Positions 19,896 through 30,057 of a stretch of DNA of 64,000 bases are shown here, piece by piece. The notes beneath the pieces are model-generated. The model did no database searches. It was not told the DNA's origin and saw only the letters and a list, made by a program, of their open reading frames with translations. Location of the stretch: positions 1 through 64,000 of IMG/VR virus record IMGVR_UViG_3300025126_000016, one strand, 5' to 3'. Made by a program: the position numbers and the translations under genes. This stretch comes from a virus (lineage: Duplodnaviria; Caudoviricetes). Position 1 is the first letter of the stretch; each line of letters begins with the position of its first letter.

Positions 19896-20600
19896 TTAGG
19901 CTCCTGTAATTGCGTCAGGACCTCTATCAGATAGAACGAAAATGTCAACCAGCGGGAAGAACTCCGCGTCGGGATCAATCATTTCCAGAGCAGAGGTCAA
20001 GTGACCTTCAAGAGCCAACCTCATGCTTTCCCAATCTACGGAAGTCCAGCGTTCGTAGCTGCTGGTCCCGCTGTCATACTTCTTAGGCAGACGAATTTGA
20101 ATGGTGTTGAACACCGATAGTGCCGTAGCTGCTTCGATAGCTTTCTTGATCTTGTAAGCATCGAAGCTACCATTGGTTTCATAAGGTGTCAGATCGACCG
20201 ACTCGCCAATGTATTTGCGGAAGGCCATGTAGCCTTCAAAGAGATTGATTTCGTTGTCAGGCAACTCATCTTCGTTCACGCCGAGAAGTTCTCGCACTCC
20301 TGCTTTGGTTACGGGGAATACGATGTCAGCGTGAATGATGTAGGAGAGCGACTCGTCGATTGCCTTGTCAGCAGTCGTGTAGCTCCAATCAAGGGTAAGT
20401 TCCTCGAACAGCGGGGCAACGAGAGAGTTGCTTCCTGCGGGGATGTCGATTACGTAACTTAGCTGACCCTGACTGATTGGAACCGTCTCCGTAAGGATAA
20501 TGGTTCCGTCAGCCCGAGTCAGCGTATAGATAAGATCACTGGTAGGCGCACCAGAATCGAATTGCACCATATGTCTAAAACGCGTACCAGCTTCAATCAC
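19896..20600 (-). CDS. head-tail adaptor protein
   Basis: C-terminal VRELLGVNEDELPD..I helical adaptor pattern, N-terminal Ig-like part. Confidence 0.6.
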   Translation of the reverse strand: MIEAGTRFRHMVQFDSGAPTSDLIYTLTRADGTIILTETVPISQGQLSYVIDIPAGSNSLVAPLFEELTLDWSYTTADKAIDESLSYIIHADIVFPVTKAGVRELLGVNEDELPDNEINLFEGYMAFRKYIGESVDLTPYETNGSFDAYKIKKAIEAATALSVFNTIQIRLPKKYDSGTSSYERWTSVDWESMRLALEGHLTSALEMIDPDAEFFPLVDIFVLSDRGPDAITGA

Positions 20601-20603
20601 GGA

Positions 20604-20855
20604 TTAGGCCTTCTTGAGGTTCTTACGTTCCATGTGAGTCTTCACGAAGGGATCACCTTCACGGACTTCAACAGCATCATCCTTGGTATACCGATTGCGG
20701 GTGCGAACGTCATAAAGCTCGAAATCTCCGGTCGTCTTGACCTTGATCATGTTCGGCTCTTCCTGGATGTAGGTAGCCACTTCCTTTTCTACCTGAGCAG
20801 GAGCTTCCTGCTTAGTTTCTTCCTGCTTAGTTTCTTTGTTTGCATTCTTAATCAT
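20604..20855 (-). CDS. hypothetical protein downstream of capsid
   Basis: 83-aa ORF with RBS (aggagag). Confidence 0.7.
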   Translation of the reverse strand: MIKNANKETKQEETKQEAPAQVEKEVATYIQEEPNMIKVKTTGDFELYDVRTRNRYTKDDAVEVREGDPFVKTHMERKNLKKA

Positions 20856-20872
20856 GCTTGCTCTCCTGATAG

Positions 20873-20902
20873 AAAAAGGGCGGGGACTAGCCCCGCCCTC
20901 TT
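20873..20902 (-). terminator. intrinsic terminator after capsid gene
   Basis: AGGGCGGGG-ctagt-CCCCGCCCTTTTT on the minus strand. Confidence 0.85.
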
Positions 20903-20913
20903 ATTGTTGGGGA

Positions 20914-22119
20914 TTAAACTACTGCGTCGAGGTTAAGAATTTGGCGAGTGTCGCCGAAGATCAGGCGGTAACCTGCGTTCTTCGTGCTGTAGAGATTCAC
21001 TCGCTGGTTCTTAATTACTCGTTCGCTCTCTTCGATGTCCGAACCGTTTTCAATCAGTTCTTCCAACGTGTCGTTCTTCGAGAAGCCCAGAAGCTGGTTC
21101 GGGGCTGCGTCGGAAACGAGAGCGAAGTTGATGTTGAAGTCAAGCTGCGGGTTAGCCTGAGCAGCCGAAACACCTGCGCGCTGCAGGACTTCGCTCTGGC
21201 TCATGCCTTCGGCGATGCTCGGCTTAGCGAACATCAGACGCCACTGGAGATAAGTATCCCAGTTACCGGCAACCGTATCAATCGGCGCACCAGCCTTGGC
21301 ACGTTCAACGAGCCAAGCGGTCAGGATTTCCCAGTTGATCTTACCGGCGGCTACACCAGTTACACCAAGCGTGTTATCCGTGTTGATGCCCGAAGCGGCA
21401 CGGGTAGCAGCAGGACCATGAACACCGTCACCGTTGACCATGAGAGCGTAAGCGGTCGAAACCTGAGCAATCTTGGTCTGCTTTTCAGCGCGCATAACAT
21501 ACGGAGTAACAAGGTCGAGGCTAGCACGACGCGAGAACTCGTAAGTCCATTCAAGTCCAACACCGAACTTGAAGATTTTGACCGACTGGTCGCTGGCCTT
21601 GATGCTCCACACCGGGATGCGGGCACCTTCCGCGATCATGCCGTAACGGCCATAATCTTCTTCGCTGTCCTGAACAACAGTGGTAATCAGTTCCGTACCA
21701 TTGATGGTGCGGCTCTGGGCGACGAGAGCTTCGGGAGTTTCAAACTCCGTCTGACGGTACTTCCACTGAACAACGTCGTCAATGACCTCAGGGAAGAGGG
21801 CACGAACACCGCGATACGAAGCAAACGCGTCGGCAGCAGCCTGCAGCGTTACCGCATTACGGTAGTCATTCTTGGTGGGAAGGCCAAGGAAAACCTTGGT
21901 AGCTTCGTAGCCATCCATGCCGAGTTCGGCGACTGCGCCTTCTGGCTGAACAGCCAAACGGAGATAGTCAGCGGTGTTGAGTCCGTAGTCCTTGGCCTCA
22001 GCAAGCAGCTTAAGACCGGCTTCCTGAGACTCAGCGCCGTTGTCGCTCTTGAGCGCACCGACAACCTCAGCTACAGGGCGACGGTTAGCAGTAAGCTCTG
22101 TAGTGGGCTTAAAGTTCAT
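20914..22119 (-). CDS. major capsid protein
   Basis: 401 aa; after protease and decoration genes; strong codon bias; followed by a terminator; HK97-like (FGVGLEWTYE). Confidence 0.9.
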   Translation of the reverse strand: MNFKPTTELTANRRPVAEVVGALKSDNGAESQEAGLKLLAEAKDYGLNTADYLRLAVQPEGAVAELGMDGYEATKVFLGLPTKNDYRNAVTLQAAADAFASYRGVRALFPEVIDDVVQWKYRQTEFETPEALVAQSRTINGTELITTVVQDSEEDYGRYGMIAEGARIPVWSIKASDQSVKIFKFGVGLEWTYEFSRRASLDLVTPYVMRAEKQTKIAQVSTAYALMVNGDGVHGPAATRAASGINTDNTLGVTGVAAGKINWEILTAWLVERAKAGAPIDTVAGNWDTYLQWRLMFAKPSIAEGMSQSEVLQRAGVSAAQANPQLDFNINFALVSDAAPNQLLGFSKNDTLEELIENGSDIEESERVIKNQRVNLYSTKNAGYRLIFGDTRQILNLDAVV

Positions 22120-22150
22120 TTCAATATTCTCCTGTTATCTTTTCTAGTTC

Positions 22151-22555
22151 TTACTGTTCAACGATTACATATTCGCCGGAAACGGCAAGAACAACGTTCT
22201 TGGCCGGGTCGGCGGCAAGAGCTGCCTTAACGAGACCAGCGCCTGCACCAACAACCGTGTTGCCACGGTTGACTACAGTACCGGTGCCCTTCTTGAGACG
22301 CTTACGGAAACGAGTTTCCACGGTTACCGTGACAACACCTTCCTGCGAGCGATCTTCGACCTGGAAAACTCGACCGTAAATTGCTTCATCAGCAGCGGCG
22401 AGCTTAACAGTAGCGTCAGCACTCGTGTCCAGCGACACGCAGCGACCGATGATTTCATCATCAGTCAGACCACCGTCTGCCGCGAGGAACATCGTGAATG
22501 CAAAGTCGTGCTGTGTGAAACCATCAAGCACTACCTGATTCGGATTGAAAGCCAT
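22151..22555 (-). CDS. capsid decoration/cement protein
   Basis: 134 aa between protease and capsid; TVKLAAADEAIYGRV...GNTVVGAGAGLVKA. Confidence 0.7.
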   Translation of the reverse strand: MAFNPNQVVLDGFTQHDFAFTMFLAADGGLTDDEIIGRCVSLDTSADATVKLAAADEAIYGRVFQVEDRSQEGVVTVTVETRFRKRLKKGTGTVVNRGNTVVGAGAGLVKAALAADPAKNVVLAVSGEYVIVEQ

Positions 22556-22575
22556 ATTCTATTACTCCTTAATTC

Positions 22576-23757
22576 TTACGAACGGAAGCTGTCGGCCTGA
22601 GCCTTGAGCTTTGTTTCTGCTTCACGCTTAGCGCGATCTTCGTCGGATTCGTCAGAACCTGCACCCTGCGAGGCACCGCCTGCGGGGATAAGGGCACTGA
22701 GGCGAGTTTCGTTGCCCGTGATGAAGTCGACCATAGCCGGAACATCTTCGAGAACTTTCGCGTCAGTATCACCGTCGAGCGCCTTAAGAGCCACGTACTG
22801 CTTACCGATCAGGGTATTCAGAGCGGTCGTCTGGTCTTCGTTCAGCCCACCTTCGTCGTTATTGGCAGCTTCAAGCTGCGTCTTGAGGTCATCACGTTCA
22901 GTTGTCAGGGTCGTGATGGTTTCATCACGAGCCGAGAGGTCTGCCGTGAGGCGCTCATTCTCGCTGGTTGCTGCATTAAGCTTCGTCGAAAGGTCGATCT
23001 TGTCGTCCGTAAGTGCGGCGAGCTTAGTGCTTAGTTCCTTAAAATCCACTTTTTCTTCTCCTGGGTCACTAGCTGTTGCTGTGCAGTAAAAATTATTCAA
23101 CTCAACACCCGCCGCAGCAAGTCTCTGAGCTTCTTGGCCCAACTTAGCATCAGATGGCGCAATAATCTTGGAGTTTTTCGCTGCACCACGACTCACCAAG
23201 CTTAATTCCATTACTTCTTCTACACCAATTAGATTAGTGTGTACTCCTTCTTCGCCAATTTTATGCCCTTCACCGCACTCGAGCGTAATGAAAGGCATGT
23301 AATCATCATTGGCTGCAGCTTCCATGTAGTCGTAACCACATTCTGAGCAAAGCATCTTCTCAGAAAGAAACTGAATTGATACTTCGTCAATAGAACCTGC
23401 GTTTAGTTTCGTGATGATCTTCTCTTCCGAGTTATCTACATAGAGATAACCGCGCAACTCGGTCTCGCCGTTCTCCATGGGAATGGCTTCACCGTAGAAG
23501 AACTTGCCGTAAGGCGTTCCACGCATATCGTGGTCCATCATCAAGGGGATGGGTTCTTCGTTTACTCGGCGAGCAAGCTGAGCAATGGTATTCGGGCTGA
23601 TCTTAGCCTTATGGAAAACAGTTCCCTGCTTGCCACGAAGAGCTACCGTGCTGGTTGCCCTTACTTCGTACACGCGAAGACTAGACGTATCAACGCCTAC
23701 ACCAACGGTGGCTTGTAGAAGCGCGTTGATAAATGGAGTCTTTGTCAATTCTTTCAT
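22576..23757 (-). CDS. prohead protease-scaffold fusion
   Basis: PLMMDH, GSIDEVSIQF, CSECG..CGEGH and ELSLVSRGA protease motifs plus an acidic coiled-coil C-terminus. Confidence 0.85.
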   Translation of the reverse strand: MKELTKTPFINALLQATVGVGVDTSSLRVYEVRATSTVALRGKQGTVFHKAKISPNTIAQLARRVNEEPIPLMMDHDMRGTPYGKFFYGEAIPMENGETELRGYLYVDNSEEKIITKLNAGSIDEVSIQFLSEKMLCSECGYDYMEAAANDDYMPFITLECGEGHKIGEEGVHTNLIGVEEVMELSLVSRGAAKNSKIIAPSDAKLGQEAQRLAAAGVELNNFYCTATASDPGEEKVDFKELSTKLAALTDDKIDLSTKLNAATSENERLTADLSARDETITTLTTERDDLKTQLEAANNDEGGLNEDQTTALNTLIGKQYVALKALDGDTDAKVLEDVPAMVDFITGNETRLSALIPAGGASQGAGSDESDEDRAKREAETKLKAQADSFRS

Positions 23758-23796
23758 TTCAATTACTCCGTAGTATCTTCTGTGCCAGTTTGCAAC

Positions 23797-25269
23797 TTAA
23801 CCATTCTGAACCTCTCCTTGGCGTGTTCGGTTTGACTTAGCGTTTTGACCGCCCTCACTTACTTGACCTCTACCATTAGGATCATCGTTCGGGCTGATGT
23901 CTTCGGCGTTTACTTCGACGGTGGACTGATCAAGGAAGCCAGTGCCTGAAAGAACTGGCGCTCCCTCAGGTGGCAAACGACCATACATGTCGAGGTAATA
24001 CTGTTCGTCGGTGATAAGACCGAGTGAGAGGTCTTGCTTAAGTCTCGAAGCCTTCATCGTGTAGTGCGGCTCAAGCTCTAAGATTGGACGCAGTTCAATT
24101 GGAGTGAAGTAGCACTCGACATGACCTTGGAATCCGGCGATACGAACTGCCAGCGTGAGAGCTTCACTCATCAGGGAAGCGACCGTCTCATTGAGGCTGT
24201 CGCAGTTCATGGCAAACAGTCGGCTCTCGGTGGATGCTGTATCTCCGGTTCCGCCCTTGCCTACAACCGAAGGCATAGTCTTGAGAGCAGCTTGGTTCTG
24301 AGCGTCCAACGTTTCAATGACTTCGCTAATCTGCAGGCTGGCACCCGGATTCTTGTCGTTCACCATACCAGCGGTGACTGCGTCCGTGTGAACGAAGGCT
24401 TGGTCAGGGCGAATGTTGGCGAAGGTAGAACGAACAGCAGCGATCTGAGTGTTGACAAATTCCTGACGCTTCTTGGCATCGTTGCGTAGACCGACAGGGG
24501 CATTAGCCATGAGGACGCTCTCAAGCACCGTGACGTCGATGCGAGGATAACCCGTCATACGCATGATGTTGTAGAGTTCTTCAATCACCTGAGTACGAGC
24601 CGCAATCGTGTTGATACTCGACACAAACATTGAATAGCTGTAGACGCTCGAAGGATTCTGATGGAAGCTGGTCGAGAAGAACGTAGGAATGTTCAAGTTG
24701 ATCAGGTCCTGTGAACCCGTCACCTTTTGCAAGGGGACGTATTGCCCCGGCTTGGTTTCTTCCCATTCAATGCTGGCCATGTCCACGTTACGAAGCTCGT
24801 AAGGCTCCATAGCCTTATCGTAAACTAGCTCGCAGCCAATAGCGCCGCGAAGCATAGTGCTGTAACGAAGATCGTCAAAGAACTTCTTCTTGGCTGACTT
24901 GGCATTGTAACCGAGAGTATAGTCGTTGCCGGTGAAAAGGCGGGTTAGAATATTGTTCGCCAAGGCGATTCCGTCTCTACTTAGCTGACCATTCAGATCG
25001 AACGCAGTTACTACCAAGTCTGCTGAGCTTGAGATAGTACCGTAGACGAAGATGGCTGAGGATACGTCGGGGTCGTGACGGGTAAGTCTATCAAGAAGTG
25101 TACGACTGTCGTCAGCGAGCCTAGAGTCAAAGAGACTAGTACGGTGTTCATCGTAACCCGGAACCGAGATAGCTGTTTCGTTAGGATTAAATCCTGGAGT
25201 TGCTGCTGCACCTCCTGCTTTGTTCTTCTTCTTCGGAAGAATAAACTGGAAGCTATCTGCCAAAGCCAT
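23797..25269 (-). CDS. portal protein
   Basis: 490 aa between terminase and protease; DPDVSSAI, helical portal pattern. Confidence 0.85.
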   Translation of the reverse strand: MALADSFQFILPKKKNKAGGAAATPGFNPNETAISVPGYDEHRTSLFDSRLADDSRTLLDRLTRHDPDVSSAIFVYGTISSSADLVVTAFDLNGQLSRDGIALANNILTRLFTGNDYTLGYNAKSAKKKFFDDLRYSTMLRGAIGCELVYDKAMEPYELRNVDMASIEWEETKPGQYVPLQKVTGSQDLINLNIPTFFSTSFHQNPSSVYSYSMFVSSINTIAARTQVIEELYNIMRMTGYPRIDVTVLESVLMANAPVGLRNDAKKRQEFVNTQIAAVRSTFANIRPDQAFVHTDAVTAGMVNDKNPGASLQISEVIETLDAQNQAALKTMPSVVGKGGTGDTASTESRLFAMNCDSLNETVASLMSEALTLAVRIAGFQGHVECYFTPIELRPILELEPHYTMKASRLKQDLSLGLITDEQYYLDMYGRLPPEGAPVLSGTGFLDQSTVEVNAEDISPNDDPNGRGQVSEGGQNAKSNRTRQGEVQNG

Positions 25270-26983
25270 ACTTTTCTACGTCCTTATTTCTAAACCGGTC
25301 TCTTGGATCGTTCTGTTTACCCATATCCAGCCCAAGAATTGATAGTGTCATAGCAGTATCATTCAAATTATGCAAAAAGATATGCTCCGCAACTCGACGC
25401 GCCAATAAGGCAAAAGCCATACTATGGAAAAAGTGATCGTTTCCGTTCAACTTGACCCATTTCGGCTCCTTTTCGGGCGTTTCTTCACGCACCATATCCC
25501 TCAAGTGTGCCATTAAAGTGTCTTTATGGGAAGTGTAACCACCAATAACCGCAGCATTATTAACTATCGAAGTTCGCACCATGTCGAGTGCGAAGGTACG
25601 ATTGGCTGCGTAATAGATGAGATTACCCGCCTCGTCCTTCTTGGGTGCGAGGATAGCCTTGCCTTCATATGCGACAGGCATCATCACACCGCTGGTGTTC
25701 TCACGCAGCGAGTCTACCTCGGGAGTATAGGGATATCGGTCAGCACACATTTGCACGACGTTGTACTGCTTGGTGATTTCTGCCAGAGCAGTATGAAGCT
25801 GAGAGGAGTGGCAAGTCCTGAACAGGAACCAAGGGTCTTTCCCTTCATCTGGCTCTCCCACCACCGTGATGTGGCATATAGCGCCCATATCGACTCCGAC
25901 GAAAGCAGCAGCACTGGTCTCTACCTGACGCCCATTGGAGGCGAGGCAGGACTTGATTGCGTCTTCTGGAATCTGTGCGGAAGCGGGGCTGTAAGGCTCG
26001 CCCAACACAGTGTTGTGGAAGCCCTTCTCGTTTTCGTTCAACTTGTACTTGGCAAGCTGCTTGAAGATATACTCCAGAGAAATACGATCCGTCGAGAACG
26101 GATTAACCTTGTAGCCTCTGAAATTGTCTCTGCTCGGATGCTTGGCAACCCACTCTCTCAGGTCAGGATTATGGAGGTCCAGTCGGGAGCTACACTTGCT
26201 ACACTTAACGTAAGCCTTCTTGAGATTAAGCCCCGTGATCTGCTCAGGGGTCATGTCCACCAACTTGTCTACCTCGAAGCTGAGGTCAGGAATATGAACC
26301 CAATCGTGTTCGAACAGGGGGACTTGGTGATGGTTGCATGACTCGCAGCGTACCAAGTACATGTGCTGATCGGTCAAGGCAAAGTTCTTGTCTACGCCAT
26401 ATCCCATGTAGGTCGGGGTAGAGAAAGCTTGAGTGATCTTGTAGTCAGAGTTCTGCAGACGAGACTGGAACAGACCGATCATGGCCTCGTCGGAAAGATC
26501 GAGTTCGTCGTGGAACAGGATGTCAGCGGGAATAGAGGTAGCGGGACCTTCATTACAGCCTGTGATGTAGCCCCAACTGTCTCCGATCTGGATGAGGTCC
26601 TGACGACGTACTGGCTTCTCTACCATTGGTGGGTTGAAGACATGATCGTTCTTTAGGATGGGAGAGATACGAGTCGTATAGACACGCTTGTACATGTCTT
26701 CCGTGGGCAGCGTGAAGATGCCTGATACACCGTTCATGCGGCGAAGGAAGGCAAGGAACTTGCGAACCTGAACTTCGGTCAGACCAATCTGAGAACACTT
26801 GATGACCGACATGTTCGGATGCATGTCGTTCGCAATCTGCTCTTGGAATGGATAGCGGTCGAAGTTGAAAGGCTTGCGATTGAGCGTGGTATGCTCTTTA
26901 AGCCAGTCGCCCAATGGGACTTCGTCGCCTGCGGCGAGGAACTTCGTACTGGCTTGTTTATGTAGTTCGGAAAACAGCTTCAT
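25253..26983 (-). CDS. terL: terminase large subunit (lambda GpA-type)
   Basis: KCSQIGLTE Walker A-like, HDELD Walker B, CESC..CSKC zinc insert, VGVDMG nuclease motif. Confidence 0.92.
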   Translation of the reverse strand: MKLFSELHKQASTKFLAAGDEVPLGDWLKEHTTLNRKPFNFDRYPFQEQIANDMHPNMSVIKCSQIGLTEVQVRKFLAFLRRMNGVSGIFTLPTEDMYKRVYTTRISPILKNDHVFNPPMVEKPVRRQDLIQIGDSWGYITGCNEGPATSIPADILFHDELDLSDEAMIGLFQSRLQNSDYKITQAFSTPTYMGYGVDKNFALTDQHMYLVRCESCNHHQVPLFEHDWVHIPDLSFEVDKLVDMTPEQITGLNLKKAYVKCSKCSSRLDLHNPDLREWVAKHPSRDNFRGYKVNPFSTDRISLEYIFKQLAKYKLNENEKGFHNTVLGEPYSPASAQIPEDAIKSCLASNGRQVETSAAAFVGVDMGAICHITVVGEPDEGKDPWFLFRTCHSSQLHTALAEITKQYNVVQMCADRYPYTPEVDSLRENTSGVMMPVAYEGKAILAPKKDEAGNLIYYAANRTFALDMVRTSIVNNAAVIGGYTSHKDTLMAHLRDMVREETPEKEPKWVKLNGNDHFFHSMAFALLARRVAEHIFLHNLNDTAMTLSILGLDMGKQNDPRDRFRNKDVEKYGFGR

Positions 26984-27033
26984 TTAACTAAGTTTGCAAC
27001 TTGACCTATTTTTCATGCGCGGGTTGACGGCTG

Positions 27034-27062
27034 GATTTCGGCTGTGTATATCGCCTATCAGT
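27034..27062 (+). promoter_or_regulatory. sigma70-type promoter
   Basis: TTGACG-N17-TATATC upstream of 27089. Confidence 0.6.
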
Positions 27063-27088
27063 CAATCACGCAAGGAATTAGAACCGGT

Positions 27089-27592
27089 ATGGAAAAATAC
27101 CCAGCCATCAGCCTGACTGAGCTACAGAAGATCAAGAATGTAGTTGAGCAGGCAGAGAACGATCCGAAATATCTCGACGGGCGAATCGCCCCTTACGACA
27201 AGCAAACTAGAGAGTTGCTAAAGAGCTTCTTCCCCGATCCCGTCGTAGCTGCTACTATAGAGGGTGGTGAGGAGAAAGGCAAGGTTGGTCGCCCGAAGAA
27301 AGGACCAGTCATTCCCATGTCTGAACTCGAAGGAGAGTTCGACGACCTTCGAAAGGAAATCCAATCTCTCAAGACCGACGCCAAAGGGTTGGAGCCTCAC
27401 GAGCGTATTCAGGTTGTAAAGACGAGAGCCGCATTGATTGAGAAAATCCTGTCCATGAAGGAACGGATTGGTAATATCAACAGAGTAAACAAGTTCATGG
27501 CCTTAGTCATGGAGATTCTCGAAGCTGAACTTCCGCAAGAGTCGCGGCTTCGTATTATTGAGAAACTCGCCGAGTATAAAGAAGAGGAATAA
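27089..27592 (+). CDS. probable terminase small subunit / DNA-binding helical protein
   Basis: Divergent from terL; GRPKK motif, coiled-coil C-terminal half; ATG at 27089 preferred to GTG 27044. Confidence 0.45.
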   Translation: MEKYPAISLTELQKIKNVVEQAENDPKYLDGRIAPYDKQTRELLKSFFPDPVVAATIEGGEEKGKVGRPKKGPVIPMSELEGEFDDLRKEIQSLKTDAKGLEPHERIQVVKTRAALIEKILSMKERIGNINRVNKFMALVMEILEAELPQESRLRIIEKLAEYKEEE

Positions 27593-27594
27593 TT

Positions 27595-30057
27595 GTGACA
27601 GTTTTTGGAACACACGCACCCCAGTATTGGGCAGTAGGACTGCCTGTCATTCCGCTAAAACCATTTGACTCTCCAGAGAAGGGTGCCGGTAAGGCTCCCA
27701 TTCTTCCTGACTGGACTCGCTACGGCACTCAGCAGCCAAGCCAGCTTGAGAAGGCCATGTGGGTCAAGGCATACCCTAACCACAACATCGGACTTCCTTT
27801 TGGTGCTGCCTCTGGTCTTTGTGCTATCGATATCGATACCGAAGACGAGGACCTGATCGCTGCCATTCTGGAGGTGCTGCCTCCTACGCCGTGGACCCGT
27901 ATTGGTGCCAAGGGTATGGGCTTGATCTACAAGTGGTCTGGACAACGTAACTTCAAGCTGCGTGGCGAGGAAGGCGGGATGATTCTCGAATTCCTCGGCA
28001 TGGGCAACCAGATGGTTGTACCACCTTCGATCCACCCTGATACGAAGAAGCCTTACACTGCCGACAACAACCTCTATGATGTCATGGATCAAATCCAACC
28101 GCTGCCTAACGACATCGATCAGAAGCTCCGTGAGCTTCTCGGGGACAAGGGCTTCAAGGTAAACAAGGGTACTCGCTCTGGTCCTGTGGATGTCGTGCCG
28201 GAAGGTGAACGTGATGTCCAGATGATCCGTCATGCTGGCTATCTTGCTCGTGTCGTTCTTGGCATGGACAAGTCTGCTCAGTTCAGTCTTGCCGATGCTA
28301 TTGAGCAGATGACCCACTGGGTTCGCACGTACACTGCCTCAGTGTCTGGCGATGACATGGACCCCGGGAAAGGCGTAGCCAAGCTGCTTGAGTTCTTGGT
28401 CAAGGACCTTGAAAAGGGCAAGTCTCTTCCAGAAGGTTGGGATGCTGACCTTGATGAGAAGTGGGAAGAGAATGACACGATCAAACTTATCCGTGAGAAA
28501 AATCAGGTCTCACGTTGGACCGTTACGAAGGCTCGTGAATGGCTCAGCGGTAAGATCGCCGAACGACCGAATGACGACGATTGGGCTATGGCTCGTGTTC
28601 AGGAGCTTCTCTCGCTTGTTGCGAAGGATGATAAATTTTCTGAAATGGATTTTCGTGCACTGATCGGCTTCATCCAGAAGTCGGCTGGCAATGATAACCT
28701 TAAGTTTGGTAAAGCTGATCTTCTGCAGGGCTACAAGACAGCCAAGCGTGAGGCCGAGGGTGGTGAGGATTGGGAAGACCATGAAACCATTGCTCGTGCC
28801 GTGCTTGAACAGATTGAACGAATTGGCGAGCTACGTTTCGACAAGGATCGTTTTTGGCAGTGGAATGGCTCGTGTTTCAAGCACATGCCTCACGAAGATA
28901 TTTACATGGAGATTGCTAACAATGTTAAAGGGTCGAAACTTGTTCAACGACATAACGATTACGCCAGTATCACGAAGGTCCTCGAACGTATGTGTCGTAA
29001 GCCACTCGGTGAAGCCTACGAGACTGGTATCAATTTTGCTAATGGTTGGGTTGGGGAAGACCTTGTGGTCTTGGATCACTCGGCGAAATACGGAGCTACA
29101 TTCACCCTTCCGTTTGAATACAAACCCGAGCTTGCATCGCGGGCTAATCGATTCTTCGAGTTCCTCGGCGACTGTTGGGGCAACGAAGATGATTTCCAAG
29201 ACAGGGTCAAATGTCTCCAAGAGGCATTTGCCGCAACCCTGTTCGGAATCGCTACGGAGTATCAGAGAGCATTCCTCCTCGTAGGCAAGGCAGGCACGGG
29301 TAAGACCGTGATGCTGGACATCCTGGAGGCTCTGGTTCCACCCGAGGGGGTAGCTTCGCTATCACCCGAAGTCTGGGGCAAGCAGTTCTCTCAGGTCAGC
29401 TTGATCGGCAAGGTGGTAAACATCTGCCCCGAGCTTCCCGAGAACGGGGTGATCGCCGGTAACTCGTTCAAGGCCGTGGTTGAAGGTTCTCCGCAGGAGA
29501 CTGAATACAAGGGTCGTGACAAGTTTCGCTATCGTCCCAAGTCTGCTCACTGGTTCGGCTCTAACTTCATGCCGATCAGTCGTGATACCAGTCGTGGTTT
29601 TACTCGTCGCTGGATCATGCTGGACTTCCATAACGTCGTGCCAGAGAAGCAGCGTATCAAGAACCTTGCTGACAGCATCATTGCCGATGAGCGTGAGGCT
29701 ATCGTGGCTTGGGCACTTGAAGGTCTGGAACGGTTGCGTAAGCAGGGTGATTATACCAAGCCTGCTTCGCACAAGAGACGTATGGAGCAGTTGCGCCGCA
29801 TCAATAACTCGGTCAAGGCTTTCCTTGATGCAAACACCAACGTCATCATGAACGAAGGTGGAGTGACGATGATGCGTGAACTCTATGACCAGTACAACTT
29901 CCATCAGAAGGATATTGGTCGTGGTACACCTGTGTCATACGAGCGGTTCGGGCAGATGCTCGAAGACCTCGACTTTGCAGTTGAAATGGAGCCTGATGGC
30001 ATGGGTCACAGGGATTGGGTAGTCAAAGGCGTGAGCCTCAAGCGTGGAGCAGATTGA
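27595..30057 (+). CDS. primase-polymerase / SF3 (D5-like) helicase fusion
   Basis: N-terminal Prim-Pol (NIGLP..AIDIDTED..QMVVPPSIHP); C-terminal GKAGTGKT Walker A, FTRRWIMLDF. Confidence 0.92.
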   Translation: MTVFGTHAPQYWAVGLPVIPLKPFDSPEKGAGKAPILPDWTRYGTQQPSQLEKAMWVKAYPNHNIGLPFGAASGLCAIDIDTEDEDLIAAILEVLPPTPWTRIGAKGMGLIYKWSGQRNFKLRGEEGGMILEFLGMGNQMVVPPSIHPDTKKPYTADNNLYDVMDQIQPLPNDIDQKLRELLGDKGFKVNKGTRSGPVDVVPEGERDVQMIRHAGYLARVVLGMDKSAQFSLADAIEQMTHWVRTYTASVSGDDMDPGKGVAKLLEFLVKDLEKGKSLPEGWDADLDEKWEENDTIKLIREKNQVSRWTVTKAREWLSGKIAERPNDDDWAMARVQELLSLVAKDDKFSEMDFRALIGFIQKSAGNDNLKFGKADLLQGYKTAKREAEGGEDWEDHETIARAVLEQIERIGELRFDKDRFWQWNGSCFKHMPHEDIYMEIANNVKGSKLVQRHNDYASITKVLERMCRKPLGEAYETGINFANGWVGEDLVVLDHSAKYGATFTLPFEYKPELASRANRFFEFLGDCWGNEDDFQDRVKCLQEAFAATLFGIATEYQRAFLLVGKAGTGKTVMLDILEALVPPEGVASLSPEVWGKQFSQVSLIGKVVNICPELPENGVIAGNSFKAVVEGSPQETEYKGRDKFRYRPKSAHWFGSNFMPISRDTSRGFTRRWIMLDFHNVVPEKQRIKNLADSIIADEREAIVAWALEGLERLRKQGDYTKPASHKRRMEQLRRINNSVKAFLDANTNVIMNEGGVTMMRELYDQYNFHQKDIGRGTPVSYERFGQMLEDLDFAVEMEPDGMGHRDWVVKGVSLKRGAD

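Noticed and set aside
20836-22230. 464-aa plus-strand ORF spanning the capsid gene
   Set aside because: Antisense shadow of a highly biased gene that avoids TTA/CTA/TCA codons; no RBS or recognisable motif
23785-27005. Sigma54 promoter reading of the GG...TTGCA motif
   Set aside because: Only 7 nt lie between GG and GC rather than the required 10
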